A DNA stretch of 64,000 nt from Candidatus Kaiserbacteria bacterium RIFCSPLOWO2_01_FULL_50_24 (GCA_001783335.1 MFLU01000010.1:30122-94121), one strand, 5' to 3'; positions 46,955 through 57,115 are shown, counted from the stretch's first letter. Notes: generated by a model not told the origin, from the sequence alone. Translations and numbers: made by a program.

Positions 46955-48235
46955 TTATTTGCCAGTGAGTAGCAACTCAATGGCCGCCTCCATCTGCGGA
47001 TCGCGCTTCGCTTCCCTGTCTTCGTCAGAAATTTCCACCTCAACATCCGGCACGATGCCATCTTGCGGGATTTGCGCCCCATCGGGTCCGAGCCAACGCG
47101 CCACGGTAATCTTCAGTGCCGTTTCTGGAGTAATGTCCACCAATTCCTGCACTGAGCCCTTGCCAAAGGTGCTTTCTCCGACAAGTGTTGCTTTACCGTA
47201 ATGCTGGAGCGCCACGGCAAAAATTTCTGAAGCGGAGGCAGAGCCTTGGTCTATAAGAACAACCACTTTCAAATTGTTATTAAAAATATCGTACCCGCGA
47301 CTTCTGTGAACAATATTCCCTACATTTCCCCCGTAATCTTCTTCCACAACGATCTTTCCGGATGGCAAAAACCAACTCGCCATTTCCACCGCCGCCTCAA
47401 GATAGCCACCCGGATTGCCACGCAGATCAATGATAAGATTTTGTGAACCGGATTCTACGAATTCACGCAAGGCACTCCTGAAAAGCCCCGCAGAATTTGC
47501 CGAAAAATTCATAAGTTCAATAACAAACACGTCTTGTTTTGCTTCCTTGGAATCCCCGCTTTCCGTACTGATGGTTTGCTTTATGCGCTCCGTACTGATA
47601 GTGGGGATGTCAATGGTGTCGCGCGTAACGCTAATGTCGCGCGGCTCGCTCCATCCTTCGCGCACGACCGTAAGCACAACCACCGTCCCTTTCGGGCCAC
47701 GAATGCGGCGCACTGCTCCGCTAATGTCTAGGCCGCGTGTCTCGAGATGATCTATATGCGTAATTCTGTCGCCACTTTTTAACCCGGCACGTTCCGCAGG
47801 CGTCCCCTTAAGCGGTGACACCACTGTAAGCACCTGGTTGCGTACGGCAATTTCCATACCTACGCCCTCGAAACTTCCGTTCATGTCTTCGCCAAAAATT
47901 TGATTTTCAACGGGCGGCAAAAAGAAGGTATAGGGATCATCAAGCGAGTTCGCAAGGCCTTGTATCATTCCCCATACGCGAATCTCTTCAACACTTGCAG
48001 TGGTTGTCGGGGTTGAGGTAGAAACGGCAGCGGGAACAAAACGCTCGTCAATAATACGCCACGCCTTCCAGACTGGCGAAAAATTGACTCCTTCCGGCGG
48101 TGTCTCCGCTAACATCGCAAGAGAAACATCCGTGCGCGCACCCATTACCAAACCGATAGAGAAGCTGACCGCAGTAAGGCCCACCACACCAAGCACGAGA
48201 AGCGCGCGTCTATTGTGTTGTGATGTTTCTGGCAT
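46955..48235 (-). CDS. ctpA: Carboxyl-terminal processing protease (S41) with a PDZ domain
   Basis: It has the GNPGGYL motif, the LIDQGSASASEIFA motif and a PDZ segment. Confidence 0.9.
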   Translation of the reverse strand: MPETSQHNRRALLVLGVVGLTAVSFSIGLVMGARTDVSLAMLAETPPEGVNFSPVWKAWRIIDERFVPAAVSTSTPTTTASVEEIRVWGMIQGLANSLDDPYTFFLPPVENQIFGEDMNGSFEGVGMEIAVRNQVLTVVSPLKGTPAERAGLKSGDRITHIDHLETRGLDISGAVRRIRGPKGTVVVLTVVREGWSEPRDISVTRDTIDIPTISTERIKQTISTESGDSKEAKQDVFVIELMNFSANSAGLFRSALREFVESGSQNLIIDLRGNPGGYLEAAVEMASWFLPSGKIVVEEDYGGNVGNIVHRSRGYDIFNNNLKVVVLIDQGSASASEIFAVALQHYGKATLVGESTFGKGSVQELVDITPETALKITVARWLGPDGAQIPQDGIVPDVEVEISDEDREAKRDPQMEAAIELLLTGK

Positions 48236-48336
48236 TCGAAGATTATATCAACGAATAACCGAGCATGGTAGGATTAATGCATCATATGCGATGGTTCAAG
48301 GATTTTTTTGATTCAAGGAAGGTGCCGGTAGTCCCT

Positions 48337-49755
48337 TTGCGGCTTCACAACACTCTCGGGAATGCGCTTCAGGAGTTCACACCGCCGCGATACGGACCGG
48401 TTAAAATGTATAATTGCGGACCCACCGTATACGACGTACAGCATATCGGAAATCTTTCAATGTTCGTTTTTGCCGACACCTTGCGTCGGACACTTGAATA
48501 CAACGGCCTTAATGTGCAGCAGGTAATAAATATTACGGACTTCGGTCACCTCACCTCTGACACCGATGAAGGGGAGGACAAAATGTCAAAAGGTCTCCGG
48601 CGTGAGGGTTTGGAATTGACACTTGAAAATATGCATGCGCTTGCAGAGCGCTATACTGCCCTATTTCTTGATGATCTTCGCAAGCTCAATATTCCCGTGG
48701 ACACAATCGAATTTCCGCGCGCGTCTGATTACATCCCTGCGCAAATTGCGATGGTCAAGACGCTTGAAGAAAAGGAGTACGCGTACCGCGGAAAGGGCGG
48801 CGTGTATTTTGATACCACGCGTTTTTCTCGCTACGGCGAACTGGGAAATATTGATATATCAAAACAAAAAGAGGGCGCTCGTATCGCGACACGCGCAGAA
48901 AAGAAAAATTCCGCTGATTTTTTGCTCTGGAAATCTGACAAAAAACTCGGCTGGGAGAGTCCCTGGGGCAAGGGATTCCCGGGCTGGCACATTGAATGCT
49001 CCGCGATGATACGCTCCATTCTCGGTGAAAAAATAGACATCCACACGGGCGGTCCGGAACACATCGCGGTGCATCACAATAATGAGATCGCGCAATCAGA
49101 GGCGGTAACCGGAAAACGCCCGTTTGCGCGTTTTTGGCTGCATCGTGCGTGGATTCAACTCGAAAACGCAAAGATTGCAAAATCCGAAGGAAGTGTAATC
49201 TACCTTTCCGATATTGTCTCGCGAGGTTTAGATCCGTTAGTATATCGCTACTGGCTTTTGACCGCACACTACCGCACACCTGCGAATTTCACCTGGGAAG
49301 CGCTTGAAGCCGCACAGAATGCACTTCAACATCTTGTACGCGCTCTTAAAACACAAAAAACGGATACACATGGCGCGCCGCCCGTCGCATATACAAAACG
49401 CTTCCATGAGCGCATCAACGACGATTTGGACACACCTGGTGCCCTCGCCGTGATGTGGGAAATGGTGAAAGATACGACGCTCAAAGTGGAGGACGTTCTC
49501 GCCGGGCTTTACGATATGGACAGAGTACTAGGTCTTGGGCTTAAGAATGCCGACAAGACGTTTGCAAGTTCTATGCTTGCAGAAGAAATAACACTCACTG
49601 AATTGCCGGAGAATGTGCGAAAACTTGTTGCCGAGCGCGAAGGCGCGCGTGCGATAAAAAACTGGCAAAAAGCCGATGACTTGCGCGCGCAGATAGAAGC
49701 CGCCGGCTACTCAATAAAAGATACCGATACCAGCCCACAGATATTTAAGAAATAG
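48337..49755 (+). CDS. cysS: Cysteinyl-tRNA synthetase
   Basis: It has CGPTVYD, HIGN and KMSKGL. A TTG start at 48337 gives an N-terminus (RLHNTLGNALQEF) that aligns to the canonical CysRS N-terminus. The ORF track begins at 48265, only 29 nt from the divergent ctpA. Confidence 0.85.
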   Translation: MRLHNTLGNALQEFTPPRYGPVKMYNCGPTVYDVQHIGNLSMFVFADTLRRTLEYNGLNVQQVINITDFGHLTSDTDEGEDKMSKGLRREGLELTLENMHALAERYTALFLDDLRKLNIPVDTIEFPRASDYIPAQIAMVKTLEEKEYAYRGKGGVYFDTTRFSRYGELGNIDISKQKEGARIATRAEKKNSADFLLWKSDKKLGWESPWGKGFPGWHIECSAMIRSILGEKIDIHTGGPEHIAVHHNNEIAQSEAVTGKRPFARFWLHRAWIQLENAKIAKSEGSVIYLSDIVSRGLDPLVYRYWLLTAHYRTPANFTWEALEAAQNALQHLVRALKTQKTDTHGAPPVAYTKRFHERINDDLDTPGALAVMWEMVKDTTLKVEDVLAGLYDMDRVLGLGLKNADKTFASSMLAEEITLTELPENVRKLVAEREGARAIKNWQKADDLRAQIEAAGYSIKDTDTSPQIFKK

Positions 49756-49768
49756 AGATTTTGGTCAG

Positions 49769-52645
49769 CTAAGTTCTTAAAACAAAGTTTACAAGGCGAT
49801 TTGGAACGACGATTACTTTTACCACTTCCCTGCCCTGTAGTCGCGTGGCCACCACTTCACGAGCGGCGCGTTCGTGCTCGACTTTGTCTGCCCTCGTAGC
49901 GATGGTCACCTCGCCGCGCACCTTGCCATCTATCTGCACGGCAATGGTTACCGTTTCGTCTTTCAGAAACTTTTCATCATATTCCGGCCACTTTTGGAGA
50001 TGAATGGACCCTTTTCCGCCACATTGAGACCATAGCTCCTCCGCGACATGCGGCACAAATGGAGCAAGGAGTTTCAAGAATATTTCCCACTGTTTTTTTC
50101 CTATCGTTTTTTCTTTCTCTGCGGCATTCATAAAAATCATCAATTGACTTATTGCCGTATTGAATTTGAACGCCGCAATATCTTCCGTAATTTTCTTTAT
50201 TGTTCGGTGTAAAGATGTTTGCAGATTTGGATTTTCTGGAAGCTTAAAGCTAGAAGCTGGAAGCTGACCCCGTCGCCATATACGCTCCAAAAAACGGCGC
50301 ACGCCTATCAGACTCTCGGTTTTCCATGCAATCGTATTCTCAAATGGCCCCATGAACATTTCGTAAAGGCGTAGAGTATCAGCTCCGTAAAGCTTCACCA
50401 CGTCGTCGGGATCAATGGTGTTTTTGAAGCGCTTACTCATTTTTCGGCCGTCTTCGGCAAGCACAAGCCCGACAGTATGAAGCTGTATGAATGGTTCCAT
50501 CGTTGAGACGATGCCTATGTCGTGCAGAAATTTGTGCCAGAAACGGGCATATATGAGGTGTCTCGTTGCATGTTCCACGCCGCCCACATACACGTCAACC
50601 GGCAACCATTTTTGTATTTTGTTTTGAAGTTTGGTACTTAGAGATTGTTTGGAATTTGGTACTTGTGATTTGAGATTTTCGCTTATGCAATAAGCGATGT
50701 GGTACCAGCTTGAGCCCGCCCACTGCGGCATCGTATTCGTTTCGCGCCTCCCTTTCCCGCCGCACGTCGGACACTTCGTATTCACCCACTTCGTGATATT
50801 GGCAAGCGGTGATTCACCGGTGCCGGACGGCGCATACGATTTCACTTCCGGCAATATAACTGGCAGATATTTTTCCGACACCGGCACCACGCCGCATTTT
50901 TCGCAATGAATCATGGGGATCGGCTCACCCCAGTATCGCTGGCGCGAAAAAATCCAATCACGCAATTTGTAGGTAGTTTTTGGTGTGCCGAAACGCGCAG
51001 TTATTTTTTTTCTCGCCTCCGCACTATCCGTACCGCTAAACTCGCCCGAATCAATGAGAATACCCTCGCCCATATATGCATCCATGCCAGAAAATATGCG
51101 TTCAGTAATGATCTGTGCTTCAGAATGTTGAAACCGTGTTTTAGTGAGGTCACGGGCGGGTATCCACACCACCTCATGCTTCTCCGCTTCTTTTGGATCA
51201 ATCTTCTCGCGTGCATCGCTTGCAAGCTCAAAAAGCAATAGAGAATTACGTGCAACGCGATTGACCCCCTTGTGCGCCGCATAGAATTCCGCCTGCGCAT
51301 CGCCACCAAGTTTGCGCACAAATCGCACATCGGTGTATCCGGTTTCCTCGGCTATCTCGCGCCGCGCCGACTCGACAACGTCTTCCCCATTCTCCACGCC
51401 GCCCGTAACATACGTGATCCACGGTTGTTTTTTCCAGCGGAGCGTCAGATAGCGATCGGTTTTCGGATCGTACACAATGTTGATCGTTGCACGCCGATGC
51501 ACCACTTCCTTGTTCGGTTGATGCGGATTGGTCGGATCCGGCAGATGCGGCATGATAACGTCGCGTATGGAAATATTGTATTTTTTAGCAAACTCAAAAT
51601 CGCGCTCGTCGTGCGCCGGAACCGCCATAATGGCACCTGTTCCTACACCCGCCAGCACATAGTCTGCGACAAATATCGGTATTTCTTCTTTCGTCGCCGG
51701 ATTAACTGCCCTTATTCCTTCAAGTAGAACTCCCGTCTTTTCCTTATGTTCCTGCCGTTCCAGATCAGACTTTTTTGCTGCAGCTTTTATATAATCCTCC
51801 ACCTCATCTGAATTTACGCAAGTCTGACTTGCGTAAATAGACTGTACGAGCGTATGCTCCGGTGCGAGTGTAAGATATGTCGCTCCAAACAGTGTGTCGG
51901 GTCTCGTTGTAAAAACCTCTATTTGAAATTTGGATTTTAAAATTTGAAATTTTATCAGTGCGCCCTCGGATTTTCCGATCCAATTTCTCTGCAGTTCTTT
52001 TATGTACTCCGGCCACGGCAGAGTGTCGAGGTCGGCAAGCAGTCGGTCGGCGTAGTCGGTAATGCGTAGAACCCATTGCGGCAAGCGTTTTTGCTCCACA
52101 ACCGTGCCGCAGCGCTCGCACGCATTTCCTTCCAGATCTTCATTTGCAAGCCCCGTCTTGCACGACGGACACCAGTTGATCGGCTCATCAGACTGATACG
52201 CGAGGCCTTTTTTAAAAAGCTGGAGAAAGATCCACTGCGTCCACTTGTAGTATTCCGGGTCGGTAGTGTTTATTTCGCGGTCCCAATCGTAGTCAAAACC
52301 TATATGCGAGAGCTGTTCCTTAAAGCGCGCGATGTTTTTCTTCACCGCCACGCGCGGATGCACTTTATTTTGGAGCGCATAGTTCTCCGCCGGAAGACCG
52401 AATGCATCCCACCCCATTGGGTGTAGCACCGATCTTCCGCGCATACGCTGAAATCGCGAGTAAATATCGCTCGCGATGTAGCCCTTGGGATGCCCCACGT
52501 GGAGCCCCTCTCCCGAGGGATACGGAAACATATCAAGTACATAGCACTTCTTTTTTCCTTTTTTTTCAGTGGAGCGGTATACTTTTTTCTTCGCCCATTG
52601 CAGTTGCCATTTTCGCTCAATAGATTTGTGATCGTATCGCTTCAT
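49769..52645 (-). CDS. leuS: Leucyl-tRNA synthetase carrying an inserted Nudix domain (about aa 365-520) and two repeat-derived low-complexity inserts
   Basis: It has HVGH (HIGH), KMSKR, the editing-domain motif TTRPDT and a LeuRS C-terminus. The insertion after the editing domain contains a perfect Nudix box GGVENGEDVVESARREIAEETGY. Confidence 0.95.
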   Translation of the reverse strand: MKRYDHKSIERKWQLQWAKKKVYRSTEKKGKKKCYVLDMFPYPSGEGLHVGHPKGYIASDIYSRFQRMRGRSVLHPMGWDAFGLPAENYALQNKVHPRVAVKKNIARFKEQLSHIGFDYDWDREINTTDPEYYKWTQWIFLQLFKKGLAYQSDEPINWCPSCKTGLANEDLEGNACERCGTVVEQKRLPQWVLRITDYADRLLADLDTLPWPEYIKELQRNWIGKSEGALIKFQILKSKFQIEVFTTRPDTLFGATYLTLAPEHTLVQSIYASQTCVNSDEVEDYIKAAAKKSDLERQEHKEKTGVLLEGIRAVNPATKEEIPIFVADYVLAGVGTGAIMAVPAHDERDFEFAKKYNISIRDVIMPHLPDPTNPHQPNKEVVHRRATINIVYDPKTDRYLTLRWKKQPWITYVTGGVENGEDVVESARREIAEETGYTDVRFVRKLGGDAQAEFYAAHKGVNRVARNSLLLFELASDAREKIDPKEAEKHEVVWIPARDLTKTRFQHSEAQIITERIFSGMDAYMGEGILIDSGEFSGTDSAEARKKITARFGTPKTTYKLRDWIFSRQRYWGEPIPMIHCEKCGVVPVSEKYLPVILPEVKSYAPSGTGESPLANITKWVNTKCPTCGGKGRRETNTMPQWAGSSWYHIAYCISENLKSQVPNSKQSLSTKLQNKIQKWLPVDVYVGGVEHATRHLIYARFWHKFLHDIGIVSTMEPFIQLHTVGLVLAEDGRKMSKRFKNTIDPDDVVKLYGADTLRLYEMFMGPFENTIAWKTESLIGVRRFLERIWRRGQLPASSFKLPENPNLQTSLHRTIKKITEDIAAFKFNTAISQLMIFMNAAEKEKTIGKKQWEIFLKLLAPFVPHVAEELWSQCGGKGSIHLQKWPEYDEKFLKDETVTIAVQIDGKVRGEVTIATRADKVEHERAAREVVATRLQGREVVKVIVVPNRLVNFVLRT

Positions 52646-52702
52646 TGCTTAAAACGATACCACGGCTAGAGTTTCCCTTCCAGATACTTTGTCGCGATCC
52701 TA

Positions 52703-53644
52703 TTAGCGTAGCAACGCCTTTTCAAACGGGGGGTATCGCTCCGGATCAATGGTGCGTGAGAAGCAGACCTTGCCGACGTCGCGGAGCCAATTATCGTTCT
52801 CGACTCCATCTACATACGGAGTGAGAGGCACATTCGGAACGCGAGATGAGGAACGACTATTCGTGTTGAACGTCGCGCACAACTCGAACGAAAGCGGCCC
52901 CATGACAGTATACCCATACCGCTCGCCCGTTTGTGAGTCCACCGGGATGTAATTGCCGCCAATCGGATCAATAAGCTCGTCGAGTGTCGCCGGCAACATC
53001 TTTTTCTGCTGCCAAAAATTCACGACCTGCCACTGGATGTTCTGAAGGTCACTCACCTTTTGGTCGTCAAAGCGATGCAAGCGCACCTCACCCGGCGTTC
53101 CCATAATGAAAAAACCGGCAATTATAACGGCGAGCATCAGGATACCCACCGCTAGTCCCACCGTCTTTGCGCGCGCTGGATTTGTGTTCCAATAGCCGCG
53201 AAGATCGGCAAGAAAGTGGAGAAAGACCCCGCCCGCTACAAAGAGCACAACGAGAATCTTGAGAATAAATCGCGTTGTGAGATCGCCGCCCAAGAATGTG
53301 TTGATGAGTGCGATAAGATCGCCCACTACCATGGCGCCTGCGATGAAAACGGTGAAAACCAACGCCCAACGGCGCACCCAGAGCTCGGCTTTTTCCGCCG
53401 CGCGCGCAATATCATTTCGAATAAAGCGCATCAGAACGATCGTTACCGGCACAAGCACAATCAAGGACGCCATCGCAAACCGAATGCCGCCGGAGTAGGG
53501 GTCTACATAGTGTTCAAGCGAGTCGGGGTAGGTGCGATCAATGTATTCAAACAAGAGCGCGATAAGTGCGATAACGCTTCCGTAGAGCGCAACCATCGCA
53601 CCCGCCCAGAGAAAGAAATCTTTCGGTGTTACTTTTTTGTCCAT
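52703..53644 (-). CDS. Hypothetical integral membrane protein (about 5 TM helices plus a C-terminal soluble domain)
   Basis: Support is the hydrophobicity profile. This is a generic topology and is not proof of homology. Confidence 0.5.
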   Translation of the reverse strand: MDKKVTPKDFFLWAGAMVALYGSVIALIALLFEYIDRTYPDSLEHYVDPYSGGIRFAMASLIVLVPVTIVLMRFIRNDIARAAEKAELWVRRWALVFTVFIAGAMVVGDLIALINTFLGGDLTTRFILKILVVLFVAGGVFLHFLADLRGYWNTNPARAKTVGLAVGILMLAVIIAGFFIMGTPGEVRLHRFDDQKVSDLQNIQWQVVNFWQQKKMLPATLDELIDPIGGNYIPVDSQTGERYGYTVMGPLSFELCATFNTNSRSSSRVPNVPLTPYVDGVENDNWLRDVGKVCFSRTIDPERYPPFEKALLR

Positions 53645-53652
53645 ACTTATTT

Positions 53653-53931
53653 TTATTTAAATGCTAAATGTTTCTCAATTCGCAAAATTGGTTTTTCATG
53701 ATTGACGGTCGTTATGGCATCTTTATCCACCGCCCTTGCCATAGGACGTATTTCAGCCATTAGTTCATCTTTTGCGTCATCGACAGCTTTATCTACTATC
53801 GCCCGCACATCCTCTTTCGTGGCGAACGCTTTCAAGTCATCTTTGGTCGCCATGATGGCGCGTATATTGTCTGATTCCTCCTTTATCAACCGTGCAAGCT
53901 TTTCAAGCCCCGATTCTTTTTTCTTTTCCAT
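53653..53931 (-). CDS. Small hypothetical protein (93 aa, coiled-coil-like)
   Basis: The start was set at the internal Met (MEKKKESGLEK...). The longer ORF-track version overlaps ychF. Confidence 0.35.
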   Translation of the reverse strand: MEKKKESGLEKLARLIKEESDNIRAIMATKDDLKAFATKEDVRAIVDKAVDDAKDELMAEIRPMARAVDKDAITTVNHEKPILRIEKHLAFK

Positions 53932-53962
53932 AAGATACAGTATATACCACAATCGTGGCCAA

Positions 53963-55063
53963 TCAACTGTGAAGAAACTCCATAACATCGCCATCCTGTA
54001 CGATATATCCCTTACCCTCCGTGCGCAAAAGTCCCTGTTCGCGCGCCTTTGCATGGGAACCTGAGGCAAGGAGTTTATCCCACTGAATAACTTCCGCTCG
54101 TATGAATTTGTCGCGGAAATCGCTGTGAATGGCGGCACCCGCCTCTGGCGCGGTACTCCCGCGCCGCACGGTCCACGCACGGCTTTCTTTCTCGCCGGTC
54201 GTGAAAAATGAAATTAGGTTGAGTGTTTCGTACCCCTTTTTGATAAGCGCGTCCAAGCCGTCTTCCGAAACGCCAAGCTCACGCCGGAAATCCGCGCGCT
54301 CCGAATCCACCACGTCCGAAAGTTCGTGTTCCACTCCCGCGTCTACAACAACAAATGGCGCATTTTGTTCTGCAAGAAAATTTTTCAGGACACGAAATCG
54401 TTCCCCCTCTTCCGCGTCCACATTCACCGCGCCACTCTTGCGATTCAACACATATAAAATCGGCTTCATGGTGAGCAGATGAAACTGTTTGATGAGTTCT
54501 CGCTCCATGTCGTTCAACTCCAGAGAATGCGCCATTTTGCCACTTTCCAAAACCGGTGCGAGCTTCGCTAGCAAATCACGCTCTGCAATTTTTTCCTTGT
54601 CACCGCTTTTTGCCTCGCGCTCCACGCGCTCCAACTGTTTGGAAACACTTTGCCAATCGGCAAGTATCAATTCTAAATTAATCACTTCAATGTCGTTGAG
54701 GGGATCAACGGAGCCATGCACATGCGTTATATCAGGGTCATCAAACATGCGAACCACTTCGGCAATAGCGTCCACTTCGCGAATGTGCGAGAGAAACTGA
54801 TTGCCGAGACCCTCGCCTTCAGAAGCGCCCTTCACCAAACCTGCAATATCTACAAACTCCACCGCCGCAGGAATCGTCTTCGCCGAATGCGACATTTCAC
54901 TCAAGCGCGTCAGCCGCGGGTCCGGCACTGCAACAACCCCCACCGATGGGTCAATGGTACAAAACGGATAGTTCTCTGCCGGCACGCCCTTTTTTGTGAG
55001 CGCATTAAAGAGCGTTGACTTACCGACGTTGGGGAGGCCTACAATTCCTATTGACAGAGACAT
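53963..55063 (-). CDS. ychF: Ribosome-binding ATPase YchF
   Basis: It has the G1 motif GLPNVGKST, YchF-like length and a C-terminal TGS domain. Confidence 0.9.
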   Translation of the reverse strand: MSLSIGIVGLPNVGKSTLFNALTKKGVPAENYPFCTIDPSVGVVAVPDPRLTRLSEMSHSAKTIPAAVEFVDIAGLVKGASEGEGLGNQFLSHIREVDAIAEVVRMFDDPDITHVHGSVDPLNDIEVINLELILADWQSVSKQLERVEREAKSGDKEKIAERDLLAKLAPVLESGKMAHSLELNDMERELIKQFHLLTMKPILYVLNRKSGAVNVDAEEGERFRVLKNFLAEQNAPFVVVDAGVEHELSDVVDSERADFRRELGVSEDGLDALIKKGYETLNLISFFTTGEKESRAWTVRRGSTAPEAGAAIHSDFRDKFIRAEVIQWDKLLASGSHAKAREQGLLRTEGKGYIVQDGDVMEFLHS

Positions 55064-55119
55064 GAAAATAAATTATATTGTAACCGGTTGAAAGTGCAAG
55101 GAAAAAGAGGGAGTAAGAC

Positions 55120-55641
55120 GTGGGAGCATTTCGCCGTTTGCTCATGTACGTGTTCGTGTGCGTCTCGGCATCAATAGTATTAGCACTCCTTATTGATCCA
55201 AGCACTGATCCAATAAGAGTGCGACAGTTTTTCTTCTATTATGTAAAAGAAGACCCGATCCGTGCCGCATTCGGTGGTTGGTTTTCGTCATGCGGGAACC
55301 CCTGTGTCGTAACATACAATAAAGGCGGTCCTATAGCGATATTCGAAGAGGCGGCACATGCTATCCGTAATTCGGATACATTACTCATCATCGACGGTGC
55401 TTGCAAGTCGGCCTGCGCTATAGCAGCAGACCAAGCGCGCGACCACGTCTGTATCACCAAAAAGGCAGCGTTCTCTTTTCATAAAGCGTACATTGTGGGA
55501 AGAATTCGATTTGATCCGACACAGTCACCAGACATAGATACGTGGGTGAAGGATCGTGGCGGTTATCCGACGGGGAGCTTCCTCACCATGCTTTACGAGG
55601 ACGCAAAGCGGTTTTGGAAGACGTGCCCGCCTCAACTTTAA
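55120..55641 (+). CDS. Hypothetical Cys-rich secreted/anchored protein
   Basis: It has an N-terminal hydrophobic segment. A terminator follows at 55644-55672. Confidence 0.45.
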   Translation: MGAFRRLLMYVFVCVSASIVLALLIDPSTDPIRVRQFFFYYVKEDPIRAAFGGWFSSCGNPCVVTYNKGGPIAIFEEAAHAIRNSDTLLIIDGACKSACAIAADQARDHVCITKKAAFSFHKAYIVGRIRFDPTQSPDIDTWVKDRGGYPTGSFLTMLYEDAKRFWKTCPPQL

Positions 55642-55643
55642 TA

Positions 55644-55672
55644 ACCACTCTAGCAGGTGGTTATTTTTTTGT
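55644..55672 (+). terminator. Intrinsic terminator (accac-tctagcag-gtggt + TTATTTTTTT)
   Basis: It has a stem-loop plus T-run. Confidence 0.65.
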
Positions 55673-55795
55673 AGTATTCGGGAACAGGCATGCTCCGTAG
55701 AAAACACCCCCCGATTGGCTGACAATCGGGGGCGAAGTGTGACAAGGCACGGCCTTGCCGAAGTTGCTGTAATTGGGACAAACTCTAAATTTCAA

Positions 55796-57115
55796 TTACG
55801 TATGTATGATATTGACCGCCAGCTCTTCCACTTTCCCGCGCAGGTGCGCGTAGATCCGCGGATTACGAGCAGAAAGAATCTGCAGAGCGGCGAGAGCGGC
55901 ATTTGCCGGCTCAAGCACGGTCATGACCGGCACATTGCTCGGCACGTGAAGCGAAGACCATACGTCATCGGGAAAATTCTTGACGCTTGCCGGTACCGTA
56001 ATGACCGGAATAGTCGACAAAGCGGAAAGGACCGGGCCCGCGCCGTTGCTTCTGCCGATGTAGGCGATGACTACCGAATCCGGTACTTCCTGCACCAAAC
56101 GATACAGAATCGACGCGGCGGCCACCGGCTCTTTGTGAACGGAGCAGATAATAACCGGGATATTCTCATTCGGAAAGTGCGGCGATAGCAAGTCGACCAT
56201 CTCTTCGACATTGTCACTTTCGGACCCGCGCCAGAGAATAATCCTCTGCCGCGGTAGCTTAAAGAGAGCAGTGATATCAGCCACATGACGATACTTCGCC
56301 GCAACATCGTCAAGCGCGCCGCCGTCGCGATAGGCCTGCTTGTCGATGTAGATGCCGTCTTCGACGACACGCCACGAGTCATTGTCAATGACATCTGTGA
56401 GAAGAAGACGGCCTTTCGAATCAATGCCTAATTCAACTTTGAAGTCAACCAACCTCCGACCCGCAAGCTGCCACGCCTTCTCAAGAACGAGGAACGCCTG
56501 CGAAGCGATACGACGCATCTCCGGAAAAATCTTCCACTCCTCCTGATATCCGAAGACTTGCATCTCCGGAAGGGTAAGGAACGGCTTTTGCCCGTGAATT
56601 GGCTCTGTGGGGTTGTAGAGAGCAATCTCACCCGCGCCCTCGGCATAGAACATGAGCGGGTCATCGCAGACGAGCTCGTGTGCTTTCCACCGCCTATCCT
56701 TCGTCTTGAGGAAAAACTCGATAAGAAGCTTCGGAAACAAGTGCCCCTTTTCTATGTGCGGGTTTCGCTTAAGATAGGACCCGTGCGCCTCGCGCCTCAC
56801 CACCACCTCGTAGGGAAGCATGAGACACTTCGGTGCAGTAAATGAATTCGCGCTCACCTGTTGCTTGAAAGCGACGGGCACCCCGCATGCTTGGAGAAGT
56901 CGGAAAACATTGCAGGTCGTCTCATTGGCAAGACGACCCTTGTCAGGAATCACATCGTGCTTCGCTCCATCACCTGCGGTAATGTCGTCCTTAGACGTGA
57001 GAACCACCAAACGATCATCACCCTTAACTTGATGAATCGTCTTGGTCTTTCCTTCGGCTATCAACATGCCGAGGGGATACTTGGTTGAAAGCCGTTCAAC
57101 CGTTTGAGCGCCCAT
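55796..57115 (-). CDS. purCE: Bifunctional SAICAR synthetase (PurC, N-terminal) and PurE-type AIR carboxylase/N5-CAIR mutase (C-terminal), a PAICS-like fusion
   Basis: The PurC N-terminus is LIAEGKTKTIHQV...DDITAGDG. The C-terminal half carries PurE signatures GSESD, SVHKEP and IGRSNGAGPV. The start at 57115 has an AAGGAAAGGA RBS. Confidence 0.8.
   Translation of the reverse strand: MGAQTVERLSTKYPLGMLIAEGKTKTIHQVKGDDRLVVLTSKDDITAGDGAKHDVIPDKGRLANETTCNVFRLLQACGVPVAFKQQVSANSFTAPKCLMLPYEVVVRREAHGSYLKRNPHIEKGHLFPKLLIEFFLKTKDRRWKAHELVCDDPLMFYAEGAGEIALYNPTEPIHGQKPFLTLPEMQVFGYQEEWKIFPEMRRIASQAFLVLEKAWQLAGRRLVDFKVELGIDSKGRLLLTDVIDNDSWRVVEDGIYIDKQAYRDGGALDDVAAKYRHVADITALFKLPRQRIILWRGSESDNVEEMVDLLSPHFPNENIPVIICSVHKEPVAAASILYRLVQEVPDSVVIAYIGRSNGAGPVLSALSTIPVITVPASVKNFPDDVWSSLHVPSNVPVMTVLEPANAALAALQILSARNPRIYAHLRGKVEELAVNIIHT

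Noticed and set aside
53932-54180. A long N-terminal extension of the small ORF 53653..54180
   Set aside because: The extension overlaps the 3' end of ychF in another frame. The internal Met at 53931 has a TATA-like box upstream and gives a compact 93-aa protein.
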